A DNA stretch of 64,000 bases from an uncultured Ruficoccus sp. (GCA_965140785.1 OZ223511.1:17680-81679), one strand, 5' to 3'; shown: positions 1 to 9,616, counted from the first letter of the stretch. A program made the numbers and translations. The notes: generated from the sequence alone by a model not told the origin.

Positions 1-2
1 GC

Positions 3-266
3 AAGCTCGGTTACCGCGGGCGCGTCGGCCTGTTCGAGATTTTACAGGTCTCCGAGGAGATTCACGAAATGATCATCCGCAAGGACTCCGCCCGCGACAT
101 CCGCCACAAGGCCGAGGCGCAGGGCATGAGCACGCTTCAGACCAGCGGCTGGGAGCAGTGCAAGCGCGGCATCACCTCGCTGGACGAGATCATGCGCTAC
201 GCCGACCTGATCGTGGAGGACGAGGCGCCGCCGCCCCCGCCTGAAGACCAGCCCCCCGCTGCCTGA
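3..266 (+). CDS. gspE: GspE/PilB-family secretion ATPase, C-terminal fragment (5' end outside window)
   Basis: Frame from position 3 reads [16 protein letters not shown]...[25 protein letters not shown], the typical GspE/PilB C-terminus; followed by a GspF-like gene. Confidence 0.85.
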   Translation, partial: KLGYRGRVGLFEILQVSEEIHEMIIRKDSARDIRHKAEAQGMSTLQTSGWEQCKRGITSLDEIMRYADLIVEDEAPPPPPEDQPPAA

Positions 267-271
267 CCGCC

Positions 272-1537
272 ATGCCTGCCTTTTACTATCGCGGAATCGA
301 CAGCTCCGGCAAGGCCAGCTCGGGCACACTGGAGGCGGTGGACCGCCGCCAGGTCATCCAGAAGCTGCGCGCGCAGAAAATCCAGCCGTTGGAAATCCGC
401 CTGAAAAAGAGCGGGGGCCGCGGCAAGGCTCAGCCCGAGGATCTTGGCGCGACCGCCGAGGCGAAAGAGCCGCGGGCCTCCTTCACTGCCCGGTTCAAGA
501 GCAACTCGCGCCTGGCGCTGCCGTTTTTTCGCAAGCTTTACCAACTGCACAACAGCGGGATGTCCATCGGTGACGCGGTCAGCCTGATGACGCAGCGCAT
601 GACCGATCCGGGCCTGAAGGAGCTCTGCGCGCGCATTTACAAGGACCTGAGCGAGGGCCGCACGCTGGCCGTCTCCATGCGCTCACAGCCGGAGACCTTT
701 GACGTCATGATGGCGCACCTGATCGAGGCGGGCGAGGCGACCGGGAATGTCGTGCCGATTCTGAAGAACCTGATCGAGCACCTGGAGAGCAAGGCCGAGC
801 TGAAGGCCAAGATGATTTCCGCCCTGGTCTATCCGGTCTTCCTCATCCTGGTCGCGCTCGGGGTGGTGGGGATGTTCCTGTTTTTCCTGCTGCCGCGCAT
901 CCGCTCCATGCTCGACGCGCTGGGGGAAGGCCTCAACCTGCCAGCCCGCATCCTGATCGGCTTTTCCGAGTTCCTGCTCAAGGACGGGCCGTTTGTCCTC
1001 GGGGCGCTGGCGCTGGCCTTCGCTTTTATTATCCAGTGGCGCAAATCGGAAAAAGGCCGCTACGTGACGGACCGGTGGCTGCTCAAGCTTCCCGTGATCA
1101 AGGGCCTGGCCTACAACTCGCAAATCTGCCGCATGACGAACGTGCTGGGCATCCTGCTGGGCAACGGCGTCAACACCACGGAGAGCCTGCGGCTGGCGGA
1201 GAACACCGTCAGCAACCGCGTCATGCTGGAGCGCTACCGCGGGGCGCGCGCCATGATCAACGACGGGGCGCCCTTCTCAGCGGCCTTCAAGCGCTACCAG
1301 TTGTTGCCCGACCTCGACCTGGACATTCTCAGCATCGGGGAAAACACCGGCAGCCTGGTCAGCAGTTTTGCGGAGGTGTATGCCATGCACGCGGATGAGC
1401 TGGAGTCTAAGATCAAGTTCTCCACCTCGCTGGTGGCGGGGCTGGCCCTGGGCTCGGCCTTCGTCATGGTGGCGATTCTCACGCTGGGGATCATCATGAG
1501 TATCCTCAACGTCAGCCAGAACCTGATGAACCAGTAA
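272..1537 (+). CDS. gspF: Type II secretion / type IV pilus inner-membrane platform protein (GspF/PilC family)
   Basis: 421 aa; MPAFYYRG start, AGEATG and IGENTG motifs, ALVYP followed by TM helices. Confidence 0.9.
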   Translation: MPAFYYRGIDSSGKASSGTLEAVDRRQVIQKLRAQKIQPLEIRLKKSGGRGKAQPEDLGATAEAKEPRASFTARFKSNSRLALPFFRKLYQLHNSGMSIGDAVSLMTQRMTDPGLKELCARIYKDLSEGRTLAVSMRSQPETFDVMMAHLIEAGEATGNVVPILKNLIEHLESKAELKAKMISALVYPVFLILVALGVVGMFLFFLLPRIRSMLDALGEGLNLPARILIGFSEFLLKDGPFVLGALALAFAFIIQWRKSEKGRYVTDRWLLKLPVIKGLAYNSQICRMTNVLGILLGNGVNTTESLRLAENTVSNRVMLERYRGARAMINDGAPFSAAFKRYQLLPDLDLDILSIGENTGSLVSSFAEVYAMHADELESKIKFSTSLVAGLALGSAFVMVAILTLGIIMSILNVSQNLMNQ

Positions 1538-1566
1538 TATCGCTTCGCCGCAGTATTGATAAATGA

Positions 1567-1800
1567 GCCACGGATGAACGCGGATGAAACACGGCTATTT
1601 TTAACAGGAAGGTCGGGAAGAGCGGGAGTATAATACCCCATTCAAATTCTTTTGATAAAGAAATAGCCGCGAATGAAGACGTAATAAGTCTCACTCATTA
1701 ACTTTGCGTGCCTTCGCGGGAAAGGCATCTTATCATTACTGACTGGAAATGGTATAAGCCTATAGGCCTTTCTTTTCGTTCTTTCCGGCCTTCCTGTTGA
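1567..1800. repeat. Intergenic CACGGAT-type imperfect tandem repeat plus a ~20-bp inverted repeat (MITE/REP-like remnant)
   Basis: CCACGGATGAACGCGGATGAAACACGG at ~1568; TTAACAGGAAGGTCGGGAAG (~1601) pairs imperfectly with CTTTCCGGCCTTCCTGTTGA (~1781); AT-rich spacer between convergent genes. Confidence 0.6.
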
Positions 1801-1895
1801 ATCCCTGACGCTATCAAAACTGTTTGAAAGCGGTATCTATAATTATCTCAAGCTGATTGAGAAATGGAATCAGGTTTTCTGGACGTGCGGCTTGT

Positions 1896-2903
1896 CTATT
1901 CATCCTGCGCCTGCGGGACGAAGGGAAGAGCGAGCACGTCCTCGACGCTGACTGTTCCGGGCTTGAGCGCGCCCAGTTGTTCGAGGGTGGTGATTTCCTG
2001 CCCGATGCGTTCCGGGCTGATCGTGCCATAATCTTCGCCTTGGCCCGAGTCGCCCCGTGCCAGGTGATGTTCGCGGATCATGTCACGGGAGTAGGCGAGG
2101 AAAGCATCGCTGACGCCGTCGGTGCGCATCTGTTTGATCAACGCGTTGCCGGGGGCGGGATCGCCCTCCAGGTAGTCGCGCCAGCCTTTTACGTAGGCGC
2201 GCAGAAAGGCGCGGGCGGTTTCGGGCTGCTGTTCAAGGAATTGCCTATTGGCGAATAGGGTGGCGTAAGCATGCCAACCCCCCTCGGCCAAGGGCAACAG
2301 CTTTACCTTCGCGCCCGCCTTTTCCATGTAGAAGGGCTCGGCGATGTAAAAGCCGGACTGGATGAAGGCCGGGTCGTTGACGAAGAGGCCGATCCCGAAA
2401 TTCTGTGCCATGACCTGAAAGTCGATGCCGTAGCGCTGCTTGAGGAAGGGAATCCAGAGCGCCTCGGGACGGGCCATGATGGTCTGCCCGTCGAGGCCGG
2501 GGAAGTCGTCGATCGGGTTGTCCGCGTGCAGGATGAGGGCGGTAGGAATCTCGTGAAAGACACTGGCGATGTTGGTCACGGGAATGCCCCGGGCGGCGGC
2601 CCGGATGACTTGCGTGCTCGAGGTTTGGCCGATCTGCGCGTCGGCGGCCGCCACGGTCTCCAGCACGAGTACGTTGGCCCCGCCGGGGCGCAGGGTGACG
2701 TCCAGCCCCTCTTCGGCGAAGTATCCCTTGGCCAGGGCCTGGAAAAGTCCGCCGTGCTCCGGGTCGGGCACCCAGTCCAGTTGCACGGTCAGGGGTCGCA
2801 GGCTGCTTTCCGGTTCGGCGCTGGAGGAGGCGGCGGGCTTCCCGCACCCCGCCAGCGACAGAAGCAGAATAATGGCTCCAAAAAGTTGAAACGTTCTCTT
2901 CAT
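1896..2903 (-). CDS. ABC transporter substrate-binding lipoprotein, NMT1/THI5 (SsuA/ThiY-like) family
   Basis: Lipobox LAGC; VQLDWVPDPEHGGLFQALAKGYFAEEGLDV signature. Confidence 0.85.
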   Translation of the reverse strand: MKRTFQLFGAIILLLSLAGCGKPAASSSAEPESSLRPLTVQLDWVPDPEHGGLFQALAKGYFAEEGLDVTLRPGGANVLVLETVAAADAQIGQTSSTQVIRAAARGIPVTNIASVFHEIPTALILHADNPIDDFPGLDGQTIMARPEALWIPFLKQRYGIDFQVMAQNFGIGLFVNDPAFIQSGFYIAEPFYMEKAGAKVKLLPLAEGGWHAYATLFANRQFLEQQPETARAFLRAYVKGWRDYLEGDPAPGNALIKQMRTDGVSDAFLAYSRDMIREHHLARGDSGQGEDYGTISPERIGQEITTLEQLGALKPGTVSVEDVLALPFVPQAQDE

Positions 2904-2962
2904 TAGCTTAGGTTTGGCTCCTGTGTTATTTAACCACCCCGCCGTGAGGTCGATTTATAAGC

Positions 2963-4264
2963 GTGAACGCCAGGGCTGATACCTTACCCTACCCCAGGGA
3001 TGATTTTGCGGTTTGGCAAGAACGTTGGTCAAGCAGTCCGCATTTGGTGAGCGACGAATTAATCCGTCGCCTGTCGATGCTGCCCGCTCCCGTCAAACGG
3101 GCGGTTTTCGCCTACCTGCCCGGCGAGAAGGATTTGCGCGAGCAGGTGGAGCTCATTGACGATGCGGACGCGTTGCCGGGGATTCCTTTTGTCGTCAAGG
3201 ACCTCTTCGATATGGCCGGGCTGCCGACTCGGGCGGGTTCCACCTTCCTCGATGAGGTTCGCAACGAAGCGGAGGAGCCTTCCAAACTCGTCGAGTCCCT
3301 GCAGAGCAACGGCATGGTCTTTACTGGAAAAACCCAGCTCAACGAATTTGCCTTCGGGCTGACCGGCGAGAATCCCCACAGCGGCGATTGCCCGCACCCG
3401 ACGGTGCCGGACGCCCTGACCGGCGGCTCCAGCAGCGGGTCGGCCTGGGCGGTCGCCTCCGGGCTGGTGCCCTTTGCCATCGGCACCGACACGGCGGGCT
3501 CGATCCGGGTGCCGGCGGCGTTCTGCGGCCTCTACGGGCTGCGCCTGGTGCCCAATGCCTGGTCCCGGGTCGGCTGCTTCCCACTCGCGCCAAGTTTTGA
3601 CGCTGTGGGCTGGTTTACCGCGAATGCCGACGATATGCGCCGGGCCACCCTCGTCCTGCTCCCCGAGACAAAGGAGGAGTTGGGGCGCGGCCTCTATCTG
3701 GACGGCTCCATCGCCGATCTGGACCCGGCCCTGACCGAAGCTTCCGAGCGGCTGGCCCATTATCTGGAGCTGGAGCGCGACCCCGAGGCCGAGCGGATGG
3801 TGGCGGAAGTGCTCCGTGGCTGTGAGACGGCGTTTGAAGTCCTGCGCAACCGGGAAGTCTACGAGGTCCACGCGGCCTGGCTCGACCTGATGAAAGACCG
3901 ATACAGCCCGCAGGTGTGGGAGCGGATCAACCGGGGTCGATACCGGGACGACGAGGCCGTCCGCCTGGCCTGGGAAAAGCGCGAGCAGGCGCGGCAAATG
4001 CACCAGAGCATATTCGAGCAGTACGATTTTCTGGTGCTTCCGGTGACGCCGGTGCCGACGCCGACCCTCAGCCAATGCACAGACGATCTGCGCCGCCAGT
4101 TGCTGGCCCTGAACATTCCCGCGAGCTTCTGCGGGCAGCCAGTGTTGACCGTGCCTTTACCGCTGGCGGATGGGCGCAGTGGCGGGCTTCAGTTTATTTT
4201 CAATGACGTGCGGCGCATCCCTGTGGCACCCCTGCTCGACGCGCTGGCGGCGTACCGGCGCTAG
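2963..4264 (+). CDS. Amidase-signature family enzyme (AtzE/GatA-like)
   Basis: VKDLFD (catalytic Lys), GGSSSGS and IGTDTAGSIRVPA motifs. Confidence 0.9.
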   Translation: MNARADTLPYPRDDFAVWQERWSSSPHLVSDELIRRLSMLPAPVKRAVFAYLPGEKDLREQVELIDDADALPGIPFVVKDLFDMAGLPTRAGSTFLDEVRNEAEEPSKLVESLQSNGMVFTGKTQLNEFAFGLTGENPHSGDCPHPTVPDALTGGSSSGSAWAVASGLVPFAIGTDTAGSIRVPAAFCGLYGLRLVPNAWSRVGCFPLAPSFDAVGWFTANADDMRRATLVLLPETKEELGRGLYLDGSIADLDPALTEASERLAHYLELERDPEAERMVAEVLRGCETAFEVLRNREVYEVHAAWLDLMKDRYSPQVWERINRGRYRDDEAVRLAWEKREQARQMHQSIFEQYDFLVLPVTPVPTPTLSQCTDDLRRQLLALNIPASFCGQPVLTVPLPLADGRSGGLQFIFNDVRRIPVAPLLDALAAYRR

Positions 4265-4328
4265 GCCTAGTGTCGCGAGTGGTAAGTTTTCGGCATAATT
4301 GGGTGGTCCAGTTTTGATGCTTTGGTTC

Positions 4329-4437
4329 TGCGATTGGCGAGAGCAGCGATAAGCTCCCTCGCCAATCGCACTTCCGATGCTGTAAGCATCGGAAGTGCAG
4401 GCTATGCCTGCCGCGGGCGCGGGCTGCGTAAGCCCGC
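4329..4437. repeat. Array of four adjoining hairpins between convergent genes
   Basis: TGCGATTGGCGAG/CTCGCCAATCGCA; GCACTTCCGATGCT/AGCATCGGAAGTGC; GCAGGC/GCCTGC; GCGGGCT/AGCCCGC. Confidence 0.7.
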
Positions 4438-4503
4438 AATCAATAGGCCGCGAACTTCAAACTCGCAACCTAGGCTGTGTACGCAAATCTACGAGCATAC
4501 TGC

Positions 4504-5334
4504 CTACACCTTTTCCTGCTTCAAAATCTCGTCGAGTGCGAGCCAGGCATCGAGCGGGAGGGCTTCGGGGCGCAGGGTGGGGGGCGTGCCCGCCTCTTCG
4601 AGGGCGTCGAGCCAGCGGGCGAGGGCAGGGGATTTCTCCTGGCGGGCGAGCGAGCCGATCTGCTTACGCCGCTGGGTGAAAAACTTGCGCATCAGAGCGC
4701 GGGTCTGGTCGGCGAAGCGGTGGGGCTGCTCGCGGCGTTCCAGATGCAGCAGAAACGAGTCGATGTCCGGGGCCGGGTAAAAGCAACTGCGGGCCACGGC
4801 GTGACCGGGGCGCCGGCGGTAGGCGGCAGCGAGGAAGAGGCTGACCGCGCCGATGCTCTTGCTGCCGGGCTCGGCGGTGAAGCGCTCGGCGGCTTCGCGC
4901 TGGAGCATCAGGACCATGCGGGCGGGCAGGGGGCCGGCGAGGATTTTCTCCATCCAGGGGGTGGAGATGGCGTAGGGCAGGTTGGCCACGATCTTGAAGG
5001 ACTCGTCCCCGGCGAAGTCCCCCCGGGGCTTGTCCATGGCGTCGGCCTCGGCCAGGTGGAAGCGCGGTTCCTCCGCATAGGTCTCGCGCAGGGCGGCGGC
5101 GAGACGATGGTCCAGTTCGACCGCGTAAACCTCCGCGCCGTATTCCAGGAGCCCCCCGGTCAGGGTGCCCAGGCCGGGCCCGACCTCGATTACCGTATCC
5201 CCGGCGGCGACCTCGGCCAGTTCGAGGGACTTGCGCACGATATTGGGATCGACGAGGAAGTTCTGGCCGAGCTTTTTACTCGGATGCAGCCCGAGGGCGT
5301 TCAGCCGCTCGCGGGTCTGGGAAAGGGTCAACAT
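4504..5334 (-). CDS. rsmA: 16S rRNA (adenine-N6)-dimethyltransferase
   Basis: PSKKLGQNFL, EVGPGLG and VANLPY motifs; start placed at MLTLSQ (ATG 5334). Confidence 0.95.
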   Translation of the reverse strand: MLTLSQTRERLNALGLHPSKKLGQNFLVDPNIVRKSLELAEVAAGDTVIEVGPGLGTLTGGLLEYGAEVYAVELDHRLAAALRETYAEEPRFHLAEADAMDKPRGDFAGDESFKIVANLPYAISTPWMEKILAGPLPARMVLMLQREAAERFTAEPGSKSIGAVSLFLAAAYRRRPGHAVARSCFYPAPDIDSFLLHLERREQPHRFADQTRALMRKFFTQRRKQIGSLARQEKSPALARWLDALEEAGTPPTLRPEALPLDAWLALDEILKQEKV

Positions 5335-5340
5335 GGATAA

Positions 5341-5457
5341 GTTTGAGCGTTTGAATGTTTGAGAGTTTGAGGGTTCAACCCTCAACTCTCCGCACCGGTC
5401 CCCTGAGGGAGGTTTTTCTATCAACTCTCAAACCATTAAACGCTCAAACCCTCAAAC
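5341..5457. repeat. 8-bp tandem array (GTTTGAGN x4) with an inverted 4-copy array (NCTCAAAC)
   Basis: GTTTGAGC GTTTGAAT GTTTGAGA GTTTGAGG at 5341-5372; TCTCAAAC CATTAAAC GCTCAAAC CCTCAAAC at 5426-5457. Confidence 0.8.
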
Positions 5458-5461
5458 CTAT

Positions 5462-6655
5462 TCAATCCACCGCGTAGATCAGGTAGGCCGTTCCGGGGAT
5501 GAGGAAGAAGACGACCAGGATGTAGCCGAGAGCCCAGAGTTTGTTCGCCGCCGCCTTAATGGCCAGGCGCTCAGCAAAGAAGATCGGGATCTTGCGCAGG
5601 AAGGGCACCCCGTAGATCAGGATCACCCCGAAAACGTTGAACAGGAAGTGCACGAAGGCGATTTCCATGGCCGAGACCGCGTGGTCACCGCTGACGGCGG
5701 TCGCGGCCAGCAGCGCCGTCACCGTGGTGCCGATATTGGCCCCGAGGGTAAAGGGATAGACCTGCCTTAGGTTGATTACGCCCGTACCTACCAGCGGGAC
5801 GGCCAGGCTCGTGGTGGTGGAAGAGGACTGCACCAGCACGGTGACTGCGGTGCCGGAGGCCAGGCCGGCCAGCGGCCCCCGCCCGATGGCGGAGAGGAAG
5901 ATTTCGCGGGCCTTGCCGATGAGCAGGCGGCGCAGCAGCTTGCCGATGAAGATGATGGCGACGAAAATCAGCCCGATCCCGGCCAGGATCATCAGCACCG
6001 CCCCGAGCTTGTCGGGCATGTGCGCAAAGATGTCGTCCTTGATGAAGTGGACGACCGGCTTGGTGGCGGATTTGACCGGGTTAAAGCCGATCTCGGCGTT
6101 CTCCACCCCGGTGAACAGGTCCGAGAGGAAGAGGGAGGATTTCTCCAGAAAGCCCGTCATCAGCTCCAGCGGCAGAAAGATGCAGACCGCCAGGATATTA
6201 AAAAAGTCGTGGATGGTGGCCGCCGCGTAGGCGCGCTGGAATTCCTTTTTCGAGCCGATGTGGCCGAAGCTGACCAGGGTGTTGGTCAGGGTCGTGCCGA
6301 GGTTGGCACCCATCACCATGGGGATGGCCGTCACCACCGGCAGCCCCCCGGCCACGAGGCCGACAATGACGGAAGTGACCGTGCTGGAGGACTGGATCAG
6401 CGCGGTGGCCAGCAGGCCCATCATCACGCCCATGATCGGGTTGTTCGCGAACGCGAAAAGCCGTTCGGCTCCCTCGGCGCCGCCGGAAACCCATTTGAAG
6501 CCCGAGCCGATCATGCCGACGGCGATCAGCAGCAGATAAACCAGGGCAAGGACGCCCAGCCAGTTCAGGACTTTGGACCCGCCCGAGGGTGTGGCGACCT
6601 CGGGATGGATGACCTCCATCTCGGCAGGGTTCGTCTCAGGAGGAGTGGTACTCAT
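5462..6655 (-). CDS. Na+/phosphate symporter (NptA/SLC34 family)
   Basis: Two QSSS repeats (IQSSSTVTS, VQSSSTTTS) with GANLGTT/GANIGTT; multiple TM helices; start MSTTPP. Confidence 0.9.
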   Translation of the reverse strand: MSTTPPETNPAEMEVIHPEVATPSGGSKVLNWLGVLALVYLLLIAVGMIGSGFKWVSGGAEGAERLFAFANNPIMGVMMGLLATALIQSSSTVTSVIVGLVAGGLPVVTAIPMVMGANLGTTLTNTLVSFGHIGSKKEFQRAYAAATIHDFFNILAVCIFLPLELMTGFLEKSSLFLSDLFTGVENAEIGFNPVKSATKPVVHFIKDDIFAHMPDKLGAVLMILAGIGLIFVAIIFIGKLLRRLLIGKAREIFLSAIGRGPLAGLASGTAVTVLVQSSSTTTSLAVPLVGTGVINLRQVYPFTLGANIGTTVTALLAATAVSGDHAVSAMEIAFVHFLFNVFGVILIYGVPFLRKIPIFFAERLAIKAAANKLWALGYILVVFFLIPGTAYLIYAVD

Positions 6656-6723
6656 GGGAAAAGACTCGTTTTTAGGGACTCCGCCCCCCGTAGAGCAACC
6701 CAACTCTGACGTTTCGAGATCAT

Positions 6724-6752
6724 TTCAACATGTTTGTAACAATTGTAACAAT
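6724..6752 (-). promoter_or_regulatory. Putative Pho-box-like direct repeats upstream of the Na/Pi symporter
   Basis: Minus strand TGTTACA-AT-TGTTACA-AACA-TGTTGAA (9- and 11-bp periods), ~70-95 bp before the start codon. Confidence 0.35.
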
Positions 6753-6785
6753 TGAGGGCCTGAAAAGGACTGGGCGCGGTGACCA

Positions 6786-7583
6786 TTACTCTAAGCTGTG
6801 CAGCTCATCGACCAGCTCACCGGGCTCTTCCAGCTTCATCAGGGCCTCGCCGATGAGGACGGCCTTGGCCCCGGCCTCCCAGACGCGTAGGCCGTCTTCG
6901 ATCGTGAAGATGCCGCTCTCGCTCACCGGCAGGATGTCGTCGGGGATCTGCGGGATGAGTTGCTCGGAAAAACCCAGGTCGGTACGGAAACGGGCCAGAT
7001 CGCGGTTGTTGACGCCGATCATCTCGGGCTCGAAGCGCAGGGCGCGCTCCAGCTCCGGCTCGGTGTGGATCTCGTAAAGGATGTCCAGCCCGGCCAGCCC
7101 GGCGGCGTCGCGCAGGCGGGAGATTTCGTCGTCCTTGAGCGCCCGGACAATGATCAGGATGCAGCGCGCGCCAGCCTCGGCGGCTTCGAGCACCTGGAGC
7201 GGGTGGACCATGAAGTCCTTGCGCAGGCAGGGGGTGGAGCGGCGGTGGTCGCCGATGAAGTCCGTCACCGCCCACAGATCCTGGAGGGAGCCGCCGAAGT
7301 ACTTCTCGTCAGTCAGGACGGAGATGGCGTCGGCGTTGGCATTGAGGTACTTGCGGGCTTGCTCCTCGGCTATCGGCAGCTCCGCGATCTGGCCGGCGGA
7401 GGGGGAGCGGCGCTTGATCTCGGCGATCACGCCCAGGCCGGGTGCACTCGCCAGTGCCTCGATGAAGCCCGGCCCGGCGGGCGGGCGGTCGCCGAAGCGG
7501 GCCAGCTCGGCCTCACTGACGGGGCGCAGCCGCGGCGCGATCTCCTCGCGCTTGTACGCCATGATTTCGGTGAGCTTGTCCAT
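6786..7583 (-). CDS. trpC: Indole-3-glycerol-phosphate synthase
   Basis: IAEIKRRSPSAG, SVLTDEKYFGGS, LRKDF, GVNNRDL and SESGI motifs; real start MDKLTEI (7583). Confidence 0.95.
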   Translation of the reverse strand: MDKLTEIMAYKREEIAPRLRPVSEAELARFGDRPPAGPGFIEALASAPGLGVIAEIKRRSPSAGQIAELPIAEEQARKYLNANADAISVLTDEKYFGGSLQDLWAVTDFIGDHRRSTPCLRKDFMVHPLQVLEAAEAGARCILIIVRALKDDEISRLRDAAGLAGLDILYEIHTEPELERALRFEPEMIGVNNRDLARFRTDLGFSEQLIPQIPDDILPVSESGIFTIEDGLRVWEAGAKAVLIGEALMKLEEPGELVDELHSLE

Positions 7584-7749
7584 CGTTGGGAGAAATGTGT
7601 CAGGCAGGTAGCAGGGGCGGAGGGGGGGAGCCTTCTGGGTTGCGCCGCCTTTTTCAATGTCTAAATACTGGGGTGAGATCACGCATTTTCGGGGGGAAAA
7701 CCGCCCCCGGATTTGCCTTTGCACGGTTAACGGACAGTTTGAGCATATC

Positions 7750-8457
7750 ATGAGCGATTTGACGGCTTCTTCCTCCCCCTCGAATGCCACCGGCGAGAGC
7801 GCGCTTTTCGCGCTGCGCGAGACGGTCGCCCGCCTGCGGGCCCCCGGCGGCTGCCCCTGGGACCGCGAGCAGACGCACCAGTCCATCTGCGACTGCCTGG
7901 TCGAGGAAGTGGCCGAGCTGTTGGAGACGATCGACCGTCTCGACATGCCCCATATGCGGGAGGAACTGGGCGACCTGCTCCTGCACGTGGTTATGCACGC
8001 GCAAATGGCCGAGGAGGCCGGACACTTCGACCTGGAGGCGGTTGCCGCCGAGGTGAACGAAAAGCTCATCCGCCGCCATCCGCATGTTTTCGGCGACCTG
8101 GACCTGAAAGACTCCGAGGCCGTCCTGCACACCTGGGACCAGATCAAGGCCCAGGAGAAAAAGAACGGCATCCAGAGCGAGGGCCTTTTCAAGCACCTGC
8201 CGCCGCAGTTGAGCGCCCTGCTGACCGCCCGCGACGTCTTCAAGCAGATCGTCAAAAAGCAGTTGCCCGCCCCTCCCAGCGTGAATAAAACGGGGATTGA
8301 AAACCTCTCACGTGAACTGACCGAATCCGAAGCGGGCAAGCGGCTCTTCGAACTGGCTGCGGCCTGCCGCCTGGCGGGGATCGACCCGGAATCCGCGCTC
8401 AGGCGTTTCACCCAAACCGTCCAGGACGAGACAGAAAACCGTGCCGTCAAAAGCTGA
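7750..8457 (+). CDS. mazG: MazG-family nucleoside triphosphate pyrophosphohydrolase (short, degenerate second domain)
   Basis: LRAPGGCPWDREQTH, EELGDLL and KLIRRHPHVFG motifs. Confidence 0.9.
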   Translation: MSDLTASSSPSNATGESALFALRETVARLRAPGGCPWDREQTHQSICDCLVEEVAELLETIDRLDMPHMREELGDLLLHVVMHAQMAEEAGHFDLEAVAAEVNEKLIRRHPHVFGDLDLKDSEAVLHTWDQIKAQEKKNGIQSEGLFKHLPPQLSALLTARDVFKQIVKKQLPAPPSVNKTGIENLSRELTESEAGKRLFELAAACRLAGIDPESALRRFTQTVQDETENRAVKS

Positions 8458-9187
8458 CAACCTCAAGCTGACCGAAGTCGAGACCCCGCAGGGACGCGTG
8501 CTCGTCCCCTACGAGGTGCGCCGTCGCAAGGGTTCTCGCCATATCAAGCTTTCCATCGGCCCGCACAACCACGCCGTGCTTTCTGTCCCCTGGCGCTGCC
8601 CCATGGTGGACGCGATGGACTTCCTGCGCTCGCAGGGCTCCTGGCTGGAGGAAAACCTTAAGCAGAACCCCAGCCGTTGCTCCCTCGTGCGCTACCTGGA
8701 GGCCAACCCGCGGCTGTACGGGCTCGGCCATGTCTTCCGGCTCAACCTGAAGCTGACCCGCGCCCGGCCTTTCTATATCTATGACACGCGCGCGGGAGAA
8801 ATAGACCTGCGCCTGCGTGCGGACGATGATCAGGAGGCAGGGGTGGTCTCGCTCATCCGGCTCTTTGCCGCCGAGGTGATCGAGACGCGCACCCGCGAGT
8901 TTGCCGGGCAGCACGGTCTGAAAATCGGGCGGGTCAGCGTGCGAGACCAGTCCAGCCGCTGGGGCTCGTGCTCAAGCAGCGGCACGATCTCCCTGAACTG
9001 GCGGCTCGTGTTGCTGCGGCCCAACCTCCAGGACCACGTCATCCTGCACGAGCTGGCCCACGTGACTGAGATGAACCACAGTTCGCGCTTCTGGGACCTC
9101 CTGCGCAGCTACGACCCGCGCACCGACCAGCACAACTCCCAGCTCAACCCCACCGCCGCCCGGCTCATGCCGCTCGGGCGCATGTAG
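8441..9187 (+). CDS. YgjP/DUF45-like zinc metallohydrolase (M48/SprT-like)
   Basis: RDQSSRWGSCS...SLNWRL...HVILHELAH...NHSSRFW; overlaps the mazG end by 17 nt. Confidence 0.85.
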   Translation: MPSKADNLKLTEVETPQGRVLVPYEVRRRKGSRHIKLSIGPHNHAVLSVPWRCPMVDAMDFLRSQGSWLEENLKQNPSRCSLVRYLEANPRLYGLGHVFRLNLKLTRARPFYIYDTRAGEIDLRLRADDDQEAGVVSLIRLFAAEVIETRTREFAGQHGLKIGRVSVRDQSSRWGSCSSSGTISLNWRLVLLRPNLQDHVILHELAHVTEMNHSSRFWDLLRSYDPRTDQHNSQLNPTAARLMPLGRM

Positions 9188-9282
9188 GGAGCACAGCGCC
9201 GCCCCGGCCGGCCTGCACCTTTTCCTGAGCACGGCTTTTTTTGGCGGGTACACGTTTCGGGACAACGATGATCCCGCCCGTT

Positions 9283-9351
9283 GTCATCCTGAGCAAGCAC
9301 CGCGCGTCGAAGGATCTCCCGGTTGTAATCTGCTGACTTCGTTCAGAAGGC
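9283..9351. repeat. REP-like element of the GTCATCCTGAGC...GAAGGATCTC type with a degenerate partner
   Basis: GTCATCCTGAGCAAGCACCGCGCGTCGAAGGATCTC, then a weak inverted copy at ~9325-9351. Confidence 0.45.
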
Positions 9352-9616
9352 CACGGCAGGAGCGGGTTTTCGTGCCTTTGACATCCTTAGGCCCTGTGAT
9401 CCAACTGCCGCTTAAAATCCGTATTATCTCTTGTAGAAGATAAATGAATTCTCCGCGTCCATTTTGAGGCGGGGCTTGAAGTTTTCCCCGAAGTGGTGCA
9501 TGCAGGAGGGACTCTCTCATCGCAGCCCTTGGCTGGCAGGCCGCTTGTTTGCCTAAGCTTAAGGCCGCTTGCTTTTTCCAAAAAAATCCGCCTGAAATCT
9601 GACTCAACTCGCCGTT

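Noticed and set aside
2904..2962. TPP riboswitch upstream of the NMT1/THI5 gene
   Set aside because: Spacer is only 59 bp and lacks the CTGAGA and other TPP core motifs.
5341..5457. Short repeat arrays as a possible CRISPR
   Set aside because: Units are 8-11 bp with no unique spacers, and no cas genes are present in the window.
7584..8450. Apparent 554-aa TrpC with a long N-terminal extension
   Set aside because: The extension is the antisense of mazG; TrpC homology begins at MDKLTEI (7583).
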